Positions 35,121 to 43,838 of a stretch of DNA of 56,553 nucleotides are shown in pieces. Numbering within the stretch: the first letter of the stretch is position 1; each line of letters begins with the position of its first letter. The notes beneath the pieces are model-generated. The model was not told where the DNA came from and ran no database searches. It saw nothing but the letters and a program-made list of their open reading frames with translations. A program made the translations under genes and the position numbers. The DNA comes from a virus (taxonomy: Duplodnaviria; Caudoviricetes). The stretch spans positions 1 through 56,553 of the IMG/VR virus record IMGVR_UViG_3300022074_000047, one strand, 5' to 3'.

Positions 35121-37526
35121 ATGGCTATAGAAAAAGGAATACCATCACAGCTTGATCCAGAAGATCTGGCAGCAGAAGTAGAGCTAGAGGTCCCCGGTAG
35201 TATGGAGCCGATAGCGATGGTCGATATGGATGTTGAAGCGGAGAACATGGACATAGAGATTACCGCCGAGGACGACGGTGGTGTGACCGTGGACTTTGAG
35301 CCGACCGATCAAAGAGGCACAAGTGATGATTTTTATTCTAATTTAGCCGAAGAAATGCCCGATAGAGAGCTTGGACGTATAGCAGGCGAGCTTTTGGGGG
35401 AGTATGACGCGAATAAAGCGGGTCGGCAGGAGTGGGAAGATGCCTATGCTAATGGTTTAGAGCTGTTAGGCTTTAGTTATGAAGAGAGAACACAGCCGTT
35501 TAGGGGTTCTTCTGGTGTAACACACCCGTTATTGGCCGAAGCGGCAACACAATTTCAGGCACAGGCCTTTAATGAGCTACTTCCGTCGTCGGGTCCCGTC
35601 AGAACTACGATAGTTGGTGCCGAAACACGCGATAAACAGCAGCAATCACAGCGTGTACGCCAGTTTATGAACTATTACATCACAAATGTAATGGAAGAGT
35701 ACACACCAGAGCTCGATCAGATGCTTTTTTATCTACCGTTGGCCGGTTCAACGTTTAAAAAAGTGTATTATGATGAAAATATGGGCAGAGCGGTGTCTAA
35801 ATTTATACCGGCAGAGCATTTGGTGGTGCCTTATGAGACTTCGGACCTTGAAACGTGCCCAAATATTACGCAAACGCTGCGAATATCGCTAAATGAGCTC
35901 AGAAAGAAACAAATATCGGGCTTTTATCTCGATATTCCGGTACTTCCGGGGCAGGCAGAAGGTGATTCTGTAACCGATGAAATTAATAAAATAGACGGAA
36001 TGTCGCCAAATCAGATAGATTATGACTGTACTTTGCTCGAATGTCATGTCGATTTAGACATTGAGGGCTATGAAGAAACAGACGAGGATGGGGAGCCCAC
36101 AGGTATAAAAGTACCGTATGTGGTTACAATTAGTCAGGATAACGGGCAGATATTGTCCATACGCCGTAATTATCGTGAAGATGATGATATGAAGCGCAAG
36201 ATACAATATTTTGTGCACTATAAGTTTCTACCCGGTTTTGGTTTCTATGGGTTGGGACTTATTCACACGATTGGCGGGTTGTCACGAACCGCCACAGCGG
36301 CTCTGAGGCAGCTAATCGACGCCGGTACGTTGTCCAACCTTCCTGCGGGTTTCAAGGCCCGTGGACTACGGATCCGAGACGACGATGATCCGCTTCAGCC
36401 CGGTGAGTTCCGCGATGTGGATGCTCCCGGAGGGGCTATTCGTGACAGCCTTATGCCGCTGCCATTTAAAGGTCCCGATCAAACCTTATTCCAGTTATTG
36501 GGATTTGTTGTTGATGCAGGACGTAGGTTTGCCACGATTACGGATATGAAGGTTGGCGATGGTAATCAGCAGGCGGCTGTCGGTACGACTATAGCGTTGT
36601 TGGAACAGGGCTCACGGGTGATGAGTGCGGTGCATAAGAGACTGCATTATGCGATGCGGTTGGAGTTTAAGATCCTGTCACGAGTGATGAGCGAGAGTTT
36701 ACCCGGTGAATACCCTTATGCGGTAGAGGGTGAGGACAGTGCTATAAAAGCGACTGACTTTGACGATAGAGTAGATGTTGTGCCTGTATCGGACCCAAAT
36801 GTCTTTTCACAGGCACAAAGGATTGCGTTGGCGCAAACGAAGCTACAGTTAGCGGGTGCTGCACCTGATTTACATAATATGTATGAAGTGTACCGTGATA
36901 TGTATGATGCGCTTGGGGTTAAGGATACCGATAGAATTATGAAGCGTGTGCCCGATGAGGAGCCTACACCCAAAGATCCGGCGCAGGAGAATATAGATGT
37001 TATGGATATGGTGACGTTGAAGGCGTTTCAGGGGCAGGACCATGAGTCCCACATTATGGCGCATTTAGTGTTTGGAGCGTCACCTATGATTGGTGGTATG
37101 CCGGCTTTAGCTATGGCTCTACAGAAGCACTGTATTGAACACGTGCAGATACAAGCAGAAGAAATGGCGATGATGGAGATGCGTAAGCAGGGACCGATGG
37201 CGCCGGAACAGCAGGAGATGCTGATGGAAAGTATTAAGGCTAAGTTTGTAGCGCAAGGTATGCAGCAGTTGAGACAACTATCACAACAGGCCTCGGGTCA
37301 GGGACCAGATCCTCTGGTGCAGCTCAAGGAGAAGGAGTTGCAGCTTAGAGCACAGGCAGAACAGAACGATGCGCAGAACGATCAGGCAAAACTTAATCTT
37401 GATGCACAGAATCAGAGATTACGTGCCGATCAGTTCCAACAGCGGTTGTCGAGTCAGGAACGACAGACAAGTGCACGTATAGATGCAGCGATGCAAAGAG
37501 AATTTATTAAAAGCAAAAGTAAGTAA
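35121..37526 (+). CDS. portal protein
   Basis: 801 aa after TerL; HPLLAEA..FQA, FYGLG, P22-like Q-rich C-terminal coiled coil. Confidence 0.85.
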   Translation: MAIEKGIPSQLDPEDLAAEVELEVPGSMEPIAMVDMDVEAENMDIEITAEDDGGVTVDFEPTDQRGTSDDFYSNLAEEMPDRELGRIAGELLGEYDANKAGRQEWEDAYANGLELLGFSYEERTQPFRGSSGVTHPLLAEAATQFQAQAFNELLPSSGPVRTTIVGAETRDKQQQSQRVRQFMNYYITNVMEEYTPELDQMLFYLPLAGSTFKKVYYDENMGRAVSKFIPAEHLVVPYETSDLETCPNITQTLRISLNELRKKQISGFYLDIPVLPGQAEGDSVTDEINKIDGMSPNQIDYDCTLLECHVDLDIEGYEETDEDGEPTGIKVPYVVTISQDNGQILSIRRNYREDDDMKRKIQYFVHYKFLPGFGFYGLGLIHTIGGLSRTATAALRQLIDAGTLSNLPAGFKARGLRIRDDDDPLQPGEFRDVDAPGGAIRDSLMPLPFKGPDQTLFQLLGFVVDAGRRFATITDMKVGDGNQQAAVGTTIALLEQGSRVMSAVHKRLHYAMRLEFKILSRVMSESLPGEYPYAVEGEDSAIKATDFDDRVDVVPVSDPNVFSQAQRIALAQTKLQLAGAAPDLHNMYEVYRDMYDALGVKDTDRIMKRVPDEEPTPKDPAQENIDVMDMVTLKAFQGQDHESHIMAHLVFGASPMIGGMPALAMALQKHCIEHVQIQAEEMAMMEMRKQGPMAPEQQEMLMESIKAKFVAQGMQQLRQLSQQASGQGPDPLVQLKEKELQLRAQAEQNDAQNDQAKLNLDAQNQRLRADQFQQRLSSQERQTSARIDAAMQREFIKSKSK

Positions 37527-37549
37527 CCTATGAAACTACGGGAAAAACT

Positions 37550-38053
37550 ATGTTCGATCCAGTCACTATTTCTGCGGCTGTAGCTACCGCAAGCACGGCG
37601 TTCTCGGGAATTAAGCGTGCCTTTCAGGCAGGCCGCGATCTTGAGAGTATGTCACAGGATCTGTCAAGATGGATGGGGGCTGTGTCTGATGTGGATGCGG
37701 TCCATAAATCGGCAAAGAACCCTACTATGTTTCGTAAAGTGTTTGGTGGGGGCACGGTAGAACAAGAGGCAATCGAGGCGTTCGCAGCAAAAAAGAAGCT
37801 AGAAGAGCAGCGATATGAGTTACAACAGTTTATTAAGTTTACGCATGGAACGGCTGCTTGGGACGAATTATTACGTATGGAAGGCCAAATACGCAAACGT
37901 AGACAGCAGGAGATATATGATAAAAAGATATTTAGAGAGAAGGTCATTGGGATTGTGGTGCTTATTGTGGTGCTTACTGTTGGCTTGGCTGTTCTTGGTC
38001 TTTTCGTTTACTCCCTCATGGGACTCGACAGAGGGTGGTGGCTATCAGACTAG
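37550..38053 (+). CDS. conserved membrane protein (C-terminal TM)
   Basis: MFDPVTI..A...A N-terminus, coiled coil, hydrophobic C-terminal helix. Confidence 0.7.
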   Translation: MFDPVTISAAVATASTAFSGIKRAFQAGRDLESMSQDLSRWMGAVSDVDAVHKSAKNPTMFRKVFGGGTVEQEAIEAFAAKKKLEEQRYELQQFIKFTHGTAAWDELLRMEGQIRKRRQQEIYDKKIFREKVIGIVVLIVVLTVGLAVLGLFVYSLMGLDRGWWLSD

Positions 38054-38435
38054 GGATCAATGTGTCCGTAAACAAGGCGGTCAAGAAACGTTTGAGTGGC
38101 TTTGCACTGATGGTTATGTGATATATTTAGCACAATCAGAAAATATTATTCAGTGCTTTAGTTGTTTTTTAAAAAAATTTAGTGACTGGACTTGGGAACA
38201 AGAGATTAGACGGGGGGTTCGTGAGGACCCAAAATATATAACGTGCCGTCGTTACAAAAGAAAGAAGGCGCGAAATGGTCAGGAAGTTTGTCTATACAAA
38301 GGGGCGAATGACACATATTCTCTTGTTGTTGAGGGCCAATGTCCTATAGAATACAGCTGTAAATATGAGCCCGGTGGTACAGAACCAAATATTGACAGTG
38401 TTGTCGATTCGTTGAATGATAGTTTTAAAAAATGA
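37953..38435 (+). CDS. Cys-rich exported protein overlapping the previous gene
   Basis: Probable TTG start at 37953 gives a hydrophobic signal-like N-terminus; TCR..CLYKGAN..CP..CKY pattern; start uncertain. Confidence 0.5.
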   Translation: MWCLLWCLLLAWLFLVFSFTPSWDSTEGGGYQTRDQCVRKQGGQETFEWLCTDGYVIYLAQSENIIQCFSCFLKKFSDWTWEQEIRRGVREDPKYITCRRYKRKKARNGQEVCLYKGANDTYSLVVEGQCPIEYSCKYEPGGTEPNIDSVVDSLNDSFKK

Positions 38436-38620
38436 AGGTATTACTGTTTGTGTTAGTTATTCTTGAAGGTACTGAAATTTACGATGACTCCATAGAATAT
38501 GGTAGTATTGATAAGTGTAACTGGTATGCGGAGAAAATAAACTTTTACAATGAGCGACAAACAAGAAATACTTTTTCTGCATATTGCAAACCAAAAGTAG
38601 CGGAAAGAAAAAAAGAATGA
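38432..38620 (+). CDS. small exported protein with two Cys
   Basis: 62 aa, ATGA overlap, hydrophobic N-terminus. Confidence 0.6.
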   Translation: MKVLLFVLVILEGTEIYDDSIEYGSIDKCNWYAEKINFYNERQTRNTFSAYCKPKVAERKKE

Positions 38621-38964
38621 CACAAAAGAAGTTAGAAAAAGGCTCTGTGTGGGAGAAAGCTGACGCAAACGGCGATGGGGTTGTTAGCGATCAAGAAATG
38701 GCTATGCGTGAGCGCATGGTCCTTTTAGAGAACAGAGACAAGAAAGAGGACCAACAACGTCATCTTGTGTGGTTTTCAGCACTAACTGTAACAGCGTTTA
38801 TAGTTGTGTTGATGACGCCCTTAGTTCCTGTGGATAGAATTTCCCACCTCTCAGGAATCGCTGAAATTTGGGTATTATCAAACATGGGCGTTTTGGCAAG
38901 CTTTATCGGATTTAATCAATTAGCTAAAAGAGGAGAGAAAAAGAATGACCATATCGAGAGGTAG
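38617..38964 (+). CDS. membrane protein with EF-hand-like loop (holin/antiholin-like)
   Basis: DANGDGVVSDQE followed by two TM segments; start moved to ATG 38617. Confidence 0.6.
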   Translation: MTQKKLEKGSVWEKADANGDGVVSDQEMAMRERMVLLENRDKKEDQQRHLVWFSALTVTAFIVVLMTPLVPVDRISHLSGIAEIWVLSNMGVLASFIGFNQLAKRGEKKNDHIER

Positions 38965-39112
38965 TGTACCGACACTTGTTGATCGGGGCCGACAGAAAAA
39001 GAAAAGTAGTGCCGGCGATCAAGAGTTAAGTGAATTGGAAAAACTTGCGTATCCAAAAATGCCCACAATTATTAGTGAGGGCAAGAAAAAGAAGAAGAAG
39101 GTAGTGGTATAA
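38945..39112 (+). CDS. 55-aa basic peptide, not in ORF track
   Basis: MTISRGSVPTLVDRGRQ...GKKKKKKVVV*; SD GAGGAG; TAATG-coupled to the holin. Confidence 0.55.
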   Translation: MTISRGSVPTLVDRGRQKKKSSAGDQELSELEKLAYPKMPTIISEGKKKKKKVVV

Positions 39113-39507
39113 TGTTACAATCTCTTATAGGTCCTGTAAGTGGTCTTCTTGATAAATTTATAGAAGATAAGGACGAAAAAGCAAAGTTGGCACACGAAAT
39201 AGCCACGATGGGGCAGAAACACGCTCAGGAGCTTGCGCTTTCTCAGGTAGAGGTAAATAAAGCCGAAGCGGCGTCAGGCTCATTGTTTAAGGGCGGATGG
39301 CGCCCGGCTGTGGGTTGGTGCTGTGCGTTTGCCTTCCTATATCATTTTATCCTCAAAGACTTAATTATCTTTGGTTGTGCGATTGCGGGAGTAGCTCTTC
39401 CCGAGCTTCCTGAATTTGACATGGGTACGCTTCTAACGGTTTTGGGCGGTATGCTCGGAATCGGGGGACTCCGCACGTATGAGAAGCAAAAAGGATTAAC
39501 CAAATAA
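39112..39507 (+). CDS. holin (3TM GTA-type family)
   Basis: QVEVNKAEA..S.F..GWRPAVGW...LGGMLGIGGLRTYEKQKG. Confidence 0.85.
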   Translation: MLQSLIGPVSGLLDKFIEDKDEKAKLAHEIATMGQKHAQELALSQVEVNKAEAASGSLFKGGWRPAVGWCCAFAFLYHFILKDLIIFGCAIAGVALPELPEFDMGTLLTVLGGMLGIGGLRTYEKQKGLTK

Positions 39508-39728
39508 CATCCACTAAGTGTGATGTTTGTGGCCACGATATGGAAAACGTAGACGGAAGTTTGCGTTGTAAATATTGTCAATACTTCTATGATATGAATA
39601 AAGAGTGGGTAGATTTTGTCCACAAAAAGCAGGAGAAACAAGATGGCATTCAAATTATCAAACAGGAGTCTGGGAAAACTGGAGGGCGTGAGCGAGGATC
39701 TGGTAGAAACAGTAAAGAAGGCGATTGA
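39504..39728 (+). CDS. zinc-ribbon protein, non-canonical ATA start or decayed start
   Basis: In-frame CDVC...CKYC; the first CxxC lies upstream of the only ATG. Confidence 0.4.
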   Translation: MTSTKCDVCGHDMENVDGSLRCKYCQYFYDMNKEWVDFVHKKQEKQDGIQIIKQESGKTGGRERGSGRNSKEGD

Positions 39729-40110
39729 GCTGACATCCGTCGATTTTGGCGTGATTTATGGGGTTCGTTCTTTAGCCGAACAGGAGAAGCTTTTCAAATC
39801 GGGCCGATCCCAAACGATGAAATCAAAACATTTGTTGCAAGACGATGGCACAGCACACGCTGTCGATTTAATGGCGTACCAAGACGGACAGCCCTGTTGG
39901 GAAATTCAGGTTTATGATGAAATAGCGGATGCTATGAAAGAAGCAGCAGTGCGAGAAGGCGTTAAAATTAGGTGGGGCGCCGCATGGCAAATAGATGACC
40001 TTCGTGACTGGGACGGCACGGCCGAAGAAGCGATGAACGCTTATATCGATTTACGTCGCTCGCAATCACGCAGGCCCTTTATCGATGGTCCTCATTTTGA
40101 AAAGAACTAG
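39643..40110 (+). CDS. endolysin, peptidase M15 (L-Ala-D-Glu type)
   Basis: FKLSNRS..KLEGV, R...EQ, SKH, HAVD, WG, DGPHFE; start moved to ATG 39643. Confidence 0.9.
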   Translation: MAFKLSNRSLGKLEGVSEDLVETVKKAIELTSVDFGVIYGVRSLAEQEKLFKSGRSQTMKSKHLLQDDGTAHAVDLMAYQDGQPCWEIQVYDEIADAMKEAAVREGVKIRWGAAWQIDDLRDWDGTAEEAMNAYIDLRRSQSRRPFIDGPHFEKN

Positions 40111-40165
40111 ACAAGCCTTATATTTTCGCATAATACTAGATTAAGTCTTATCTGGAGTAGAAGTT

Positions 40166-40363
40166 TTGGACGGAGTACAACTGGCACAAGCCATTTATCG
40201 AATCATAGATGACCGAAAATCTTTTGTGCAGGAACAATTACTTTTTGACCAGATAAAAAATATGGAGCAATATCGTGAGATGATGGGTAATCTTTCAGCC
40301 CTCAATCATGTGGAACAGGAACTCAAGGGCCTGCTAGATAAACAGGAGCGTTTAAATGACTAA
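40166..40363 (+). CDS. conserved head-module small protein
   Basis: 65 aa, TTG start with SD GGAG, precedes GroES. Confidence 0.65.
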   Translation: MDGVQLAQAIYRIIDDRKSFVQEQLLFDQIKNMEQYREMMGNLSALNHVEQELKGLLDKQERLND

Positions 40364-40772
40364 TGCAGAATCCGTCGCTGAGGCGTATGTGGAAACAAAA
40401 GAAAAAGTTTTGAATCCAGAAGCTCTTAGCGCAACACTTTTAGAAAGAATGCCAACCCCGACAGGTTGGCGACTTTTAATACTACCCTACAAAGGCAAAG
40501 GTAAAACAGAAGGCGGAATATATCTGCCGGAAAACGTTGTTGAAGAAAATACCGTGTCTACACAGGTTGGGTATGTATTAAAGGTTGGTGATCTTGCTTT
40601 TAAAGATAAGGACAAGTTTCCTACCGGGGCGTGGTGTGAAGCGGGTAATTGGGTAATGTTTGCCCGTTACGCGGGATCGCGTTTTAAAATAGATGGGGGC
40701 GAGGTAAGAATACTTAATGACGATGAGGTTCTTGCACGAATACTTGAACCCGAAGACATTTTGCATTTCTAG
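40356..40772 (+). CDS. groES: co-chaperonin GroES homologue
   Basis: PTGWRLLI...KTEGGIYLP...VLKVG...FARYAGSRFKIDG.E.RILNDDEVLA. Confidence 0.9.
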   Translation: MTNAESVAEAYVETKEKVLNPEALSATLLERMPTPTGWRLLILPYKGKGKTEGGIYLPENVVEENTVSTQVGYVLKVGDLAFKDKDKFPTGAWCEAGNWVMFARYAGSRFKIDGGEVRILNDDEVLARILEPEDILHF

Positions 40773-40781
40773 GAGTAAATA

Positions 40782-41645
40782 ATGGCAGAACAACAAATAG
40801 AACTTGAGCTCGAAGAAGAGCAGGACACTGAGGTTGAGGTAAAGACTGAAGCCAAGGAAGAGGACAAAGTAGAAACTGTCGAGGTCGAGAAGCCCGATAA
40901 TTTTGAAAAAGCCGAGTCCGCAACACAGAAACGTATTGATCGTTTGACTAAAAAGATGCGGGAAGCCGAGCGTCAGAGAGAAGAAGCGATTACATATGCA
41001 CAGAAAGTGCAGGCTGAATCTACTGAATTACGCAACCGTATGAATACTTTGGATACTAATTATGTAACGGAGTATAGCACACGGGTAGAATCACAGATGA
41101 CGGCTGCCGAGCAAGACATGGCAAAAGCCATGGAAGTCGGTGACACAAATGCTGTTGTAGAAGCACAGCGTAAGATTACCGCTTTGGCTATTGAGAATGA
41201 TAGAGCCCAACAAGCAAAGCAACAGCAGGAACGGTTGGCTAAACAAGTACAAGAGCAGCCCCAACCGCAACAGCAGCAAGTGCAACAGCCGGCCCGAAAA
41301 CCGTCACCCAAGGCGGAAGCATGGGCCTCAAAGAATAACTGGTTTGGTCAGGACGAAGCCATGACGTATGCGGCTTTTGGTATTCATAAAAAATTAATTG
41401 AGGAAGAAGGGTTTGACCCGAACTCCGATGAGTACTATACTGAACTGGATAGACGAGTGCAGACAGAATTTCCGCATAAGTTTAACGGAGGAAGCAAACG
41501 ACCCGCTCAGACGGTAGCTTCTGTATCCCGCACAACTTCTGGGCGCAGTAGTAATAAAAAGGTTAGACTCACCCCTAGCCAAGTTGCAATAGCTAAAAAA
41601 TTGGGTGTGCCACTTGAAGAATACGCGAAATACGTGAAGGAGTAA
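40782..41645 (+). CDS. capsid scaffolding protein
   Basis: Acidic N-terminus, coiled coil, W...N.WFG, C-terminal IAKKLGVPLEEYAK. Confidence 0.7.
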   Translation: MAEQQIELELEEEQDTEVEVKTEAKEEDKVETVEVEKPDNFEKAESATQKRIDRLTKKMREAERQREEAITYAQKVQAESTELRNRMNTLDTNYVTEYSTRVESQMTAAEQDMAKAMEVGDTNAVVEAQRKITALAIENDRAQQAKQQQERLAKQVQEQPQPQQQQVQQPARKPSPKAEAWASKNNWFGQDEAMTYAAFGIHKKLIEEEGFDPNSDEYYTELDRRVQTEFPHKFNGGSKRPAQTVASVSRTTSGRSSNKKVRLTPSQVAIAKKLGVPLEEYAKYVKE

Positions 41646-41650
41646 GTTAA

Positions 41651-42139
41651 ATGGCTGAAGAACAAAATGAAATGTTTGAGAATACTGTGAAGCGAACTTC
41701 TCGCGCTGAACAAACTAGGGAGAAAACGGTTAGGCGTAAACCATGGGCTCCCCCATCTATGTTAGACGCACCACCTGCGCCTGATGGTTTTAAGCATCGT
41801 TGGATCAGAGCGGAAACCCGTGGATACAATGATACAAAGAATATCAGTGCAAAAATGAGAGAGGGTTGGGAATTAGTTCGTAAGGACGAATTTCCTGATT
41901 TTGAAGCCCCTGTTGTAGACTCAGGTAAATATGAGGGTGTATTTGGTGTAGGCGGATTGCTTCTTGCTCGGATACCTGTTGAAACTGTAGCAGAAAGAAC
42001 GGATTACTTTTCACAAAGGAATGCGGACCAGATGACAGCAGTGGATCAGGACATGATGAGAGAGAATGCACATTCAACTATGACAATCAGTAAACCTGAT
42101 CGTCAGTCTCGCGTGACCTTTGGAGGTTCACAGAAATGA
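41651..42139 (+). CDS. conserved head-module protein
   Basis: W.PPS.LDAP..P.G..HRWIR...REGWE. Confidence 0.7.
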   Translation: MAEEQNEMFENTVKRTSRAEQTREKTVRRKPWAPPSMLDAPPAPDGFKHRWIRAETRGYNDTKNISAKMREGWELVRKDEFPDFEAPVVDSGKYEGVFGVGGLLLARIPVETVAERTDYFSQRNADQMTAVDQDMMRENAHSTMTISKPDRQSRVTFGGSQK

Positions 42140-42163
42140 AACTTAAATTAATAGGAGGCCTAA

Positions 42164-42796
42164 ATGGCTAATAGTCTTACTGGAGGTTATGGTCTACGTC
42201 CTATTGGAATAACAGGTAGCGGTTACAATACAACGGGTACAACCATGTATGAAATCGCTAGTAACTATACTACTGCGATTTATCAAGGTGGGATTGTTAT
42301 TCCATTAGCGGGTGGAACCATAGCCATAACGGATCAAGCCGTTGCTCCCCTCGGTGTTTTTTATGGTGTGGAATTTGTTGACTCAGGAACAAAGAAAACA
42401 ACTTTTAAAAACTACTGGCCGGGTAGTAACAATGTAAGCGTCGATACAAACTTTCCTGTAAAGGCATTTGTATACGACAATCCAATGCAGCTATATAGCG
42501 TAGTTGCGGATGGAACAAACACTGATCGAGCGACCGCGCTCGCTGATACTTTTGCTAACTGCGATATGGCAAGTGTTAACAACGGTTCTACTAATACAGG
42601 TAGATCCTCTGATATGCTTGACATCAGCACAGCCGCAACAACTGCCGGACTAGATTTACGTATCTGTGGTCTTTATGAAGATGAAGGCAACACGGATTAC
42701 TCTGCCGTCGGACATCAGTACATAGTGCGATTAAACGCTCCATTTAACTCAGGTTTTGCTGCTGCCGTAGGCACCGCAGCGAATACCGGTATATAA
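42164..42796 (+). CDS. capsid decoration/minor capsid protein
   Basis: 210 aa, MAN....YGLRPI start, immediately upstream of the MCP. Confidence 0.6.
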   Translation: MANSLTGGYGLRPIGITGSGYNTTGTTMYEIASNYTTAIYQGGIVIPLAGGTIAITDQAVAPLGVFYGVEFVDSGTKKTTFKNYWPGSNNVSVDTNFPVKAFVYDNPMQLYSVVADGTNTDRATALADTFANCDMASVNNGSTNTGRSSDMLDISTAATTAGLDLRICGLYEDEGNTDYSAVGHQYIVRLNAPFNSGFAAAVGTAANTGI

Positions 42797-42808
42797 GGAG
42801 GTTAAGTA

Positions 42809-43717
42809 ATGTCTGCAATTAGTAGAGCCCAACTAGCAAAAGAGCTAGAACCCGGACTTAACGCCTTATTTGGTCTTGAGTACGATAGATACGAAAATGA
42901 GCACGCAGAAATCTTTGATGAAGAGACTTCAGACAGAGCGTTTGAAGAGGAAGTCATGCTTGCAGGTTTCAGTACTGCGCCAACAAAAGAGGAAGGGGGC
43001 ACTGTGTCCTTTGACTCTGCGCAGGAAACTTTCACAGCACGCTATACTCACGAGACAATCGCTCTAGCTTTCGCTATTACAGAGGAAGCTATTGAAGATA
43101 ATCTTTACGATAGGTTAGCGTCCCGATACACAAAAGCACTGGCTAGATCCATGGCTCAGACAAAGCAGATTAAAGCTGCTTCTATTCTGAATAATGCGTT
43201 TAGTTCTACCAATGCGATTGGTGACGGAGCTGCGTTGTGTTCATCTTCTCACCCTTCATTAAACGGCAACCAGAGAAACCTTCTTTCTGTGGCTGCTGAC
43301 TTAAATGAAACATCATTGGAACAGATGTTGATTGACATCGCCGGTCTAACCGACGAGAGAGGTCTAAAGATTGCTGTTAGAGGTACAAAGCTAATCATAC
43401 CGAAAGAGCTTCAGTTTGTTGCGGAAAGAGTGTTGAACTCTAATCTAAGACCGGGAACATCCGACAATGACGCAAACGCCATCAATAACATGGGTATGCT
43501 ACCGCAAGGCGCTGTAGTAAACCATTTCTTGACGGATACGGATGCGTTTTTCATTAAGACAGATGCACCGAATGGCTTTAAATATTTTAATCGTGCACCG
43601 ATTAAGACAGCCATGGAAGGTGACTTTGACACTGGTAATATGAGATTCAAAGCTAGAGAACGTTATAGCTTTGGTGTTTCAGATTGGCGTTGTGTGTTCG
43701 GTACGCCGGGCGCATAA
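42809..43717 (+). CDS. major capsid protein
   Basis: AISRAQLAFamily start AISRAQLAKELEPGLNALFGLEY and end KARERYSFG.SDWR; strong SD AAGGAGG; terminator follows. Confidence 0.85.
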   Translation: MSAISRAQLAKELEPGLNALFGLEYDRYENEHAEIFDEETSDRAFEEEVMLAGFSTAPTKEEGGTVSFDSAQETFTARYTHETIALAFAITEEAIEDNLYDRLASRYTKALARSMAQTKQIKAASILNNAFSSTNAIGDGAALCSSSHPSLNGNQRNLLSVAADLNETSLEQMLIDIAGLTDERGLKIAVRGTKLIIPKELQFVAERVLNSNLRPGTSDNDANAINNMGMLPQGAVVNHFLTDTDAFFIKTDAPNGFKYFNRAPIKTAMEGDFDTGNMRFKARERYSFGVSDWRCVFGTPGA

Positions 43718-43742
43718 TATTTCCTTCAAAACCTAAATAATC

Positions 43743-43772
43743 GAGGGCGGCTCTTGTCGCCCTCTTTTTTTT
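43743..43772 (+). terminator. intrinsic terminator after MCP, overlapping a promoter
   Basis: GAGGGCGGC-TCTT-GTCGCCCTC-T8; TTGTCG-N16-TATAAT starts inside it. Confidence 0.85.
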
Positions 43773-43788
43773 GTGTATAATTAAACTA

Positions 43789-43832
43789 CCTTGACAGTCA
43801 CATGGTGTGACTGACATTGCCAAGACAAGGAG
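43789..43832 (+). promoter_or_regulatory. structured 5' leader occluding an RBS
   Basis: CCTTG/CAAGG outer stem, CAGTCACA/TGTGACTG inner stem; SD AGGAG overlaps the 3' arm. Confidence 0.5.
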
Positions 43833-43838
43833 ATAAAC

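Noticed and set aside
39483-39507. -1 frameshift fusing holin to the zinc ribbon
   Set aside because: The A run is not in X XXY YYZ register in the holin frame; a non-canonical start is simpler.
43690-43740. Programmed frameshift or read-through extension of the capsid protein
   Set aside because: No slippery heptamer before the TAA and a terminator follows closely.
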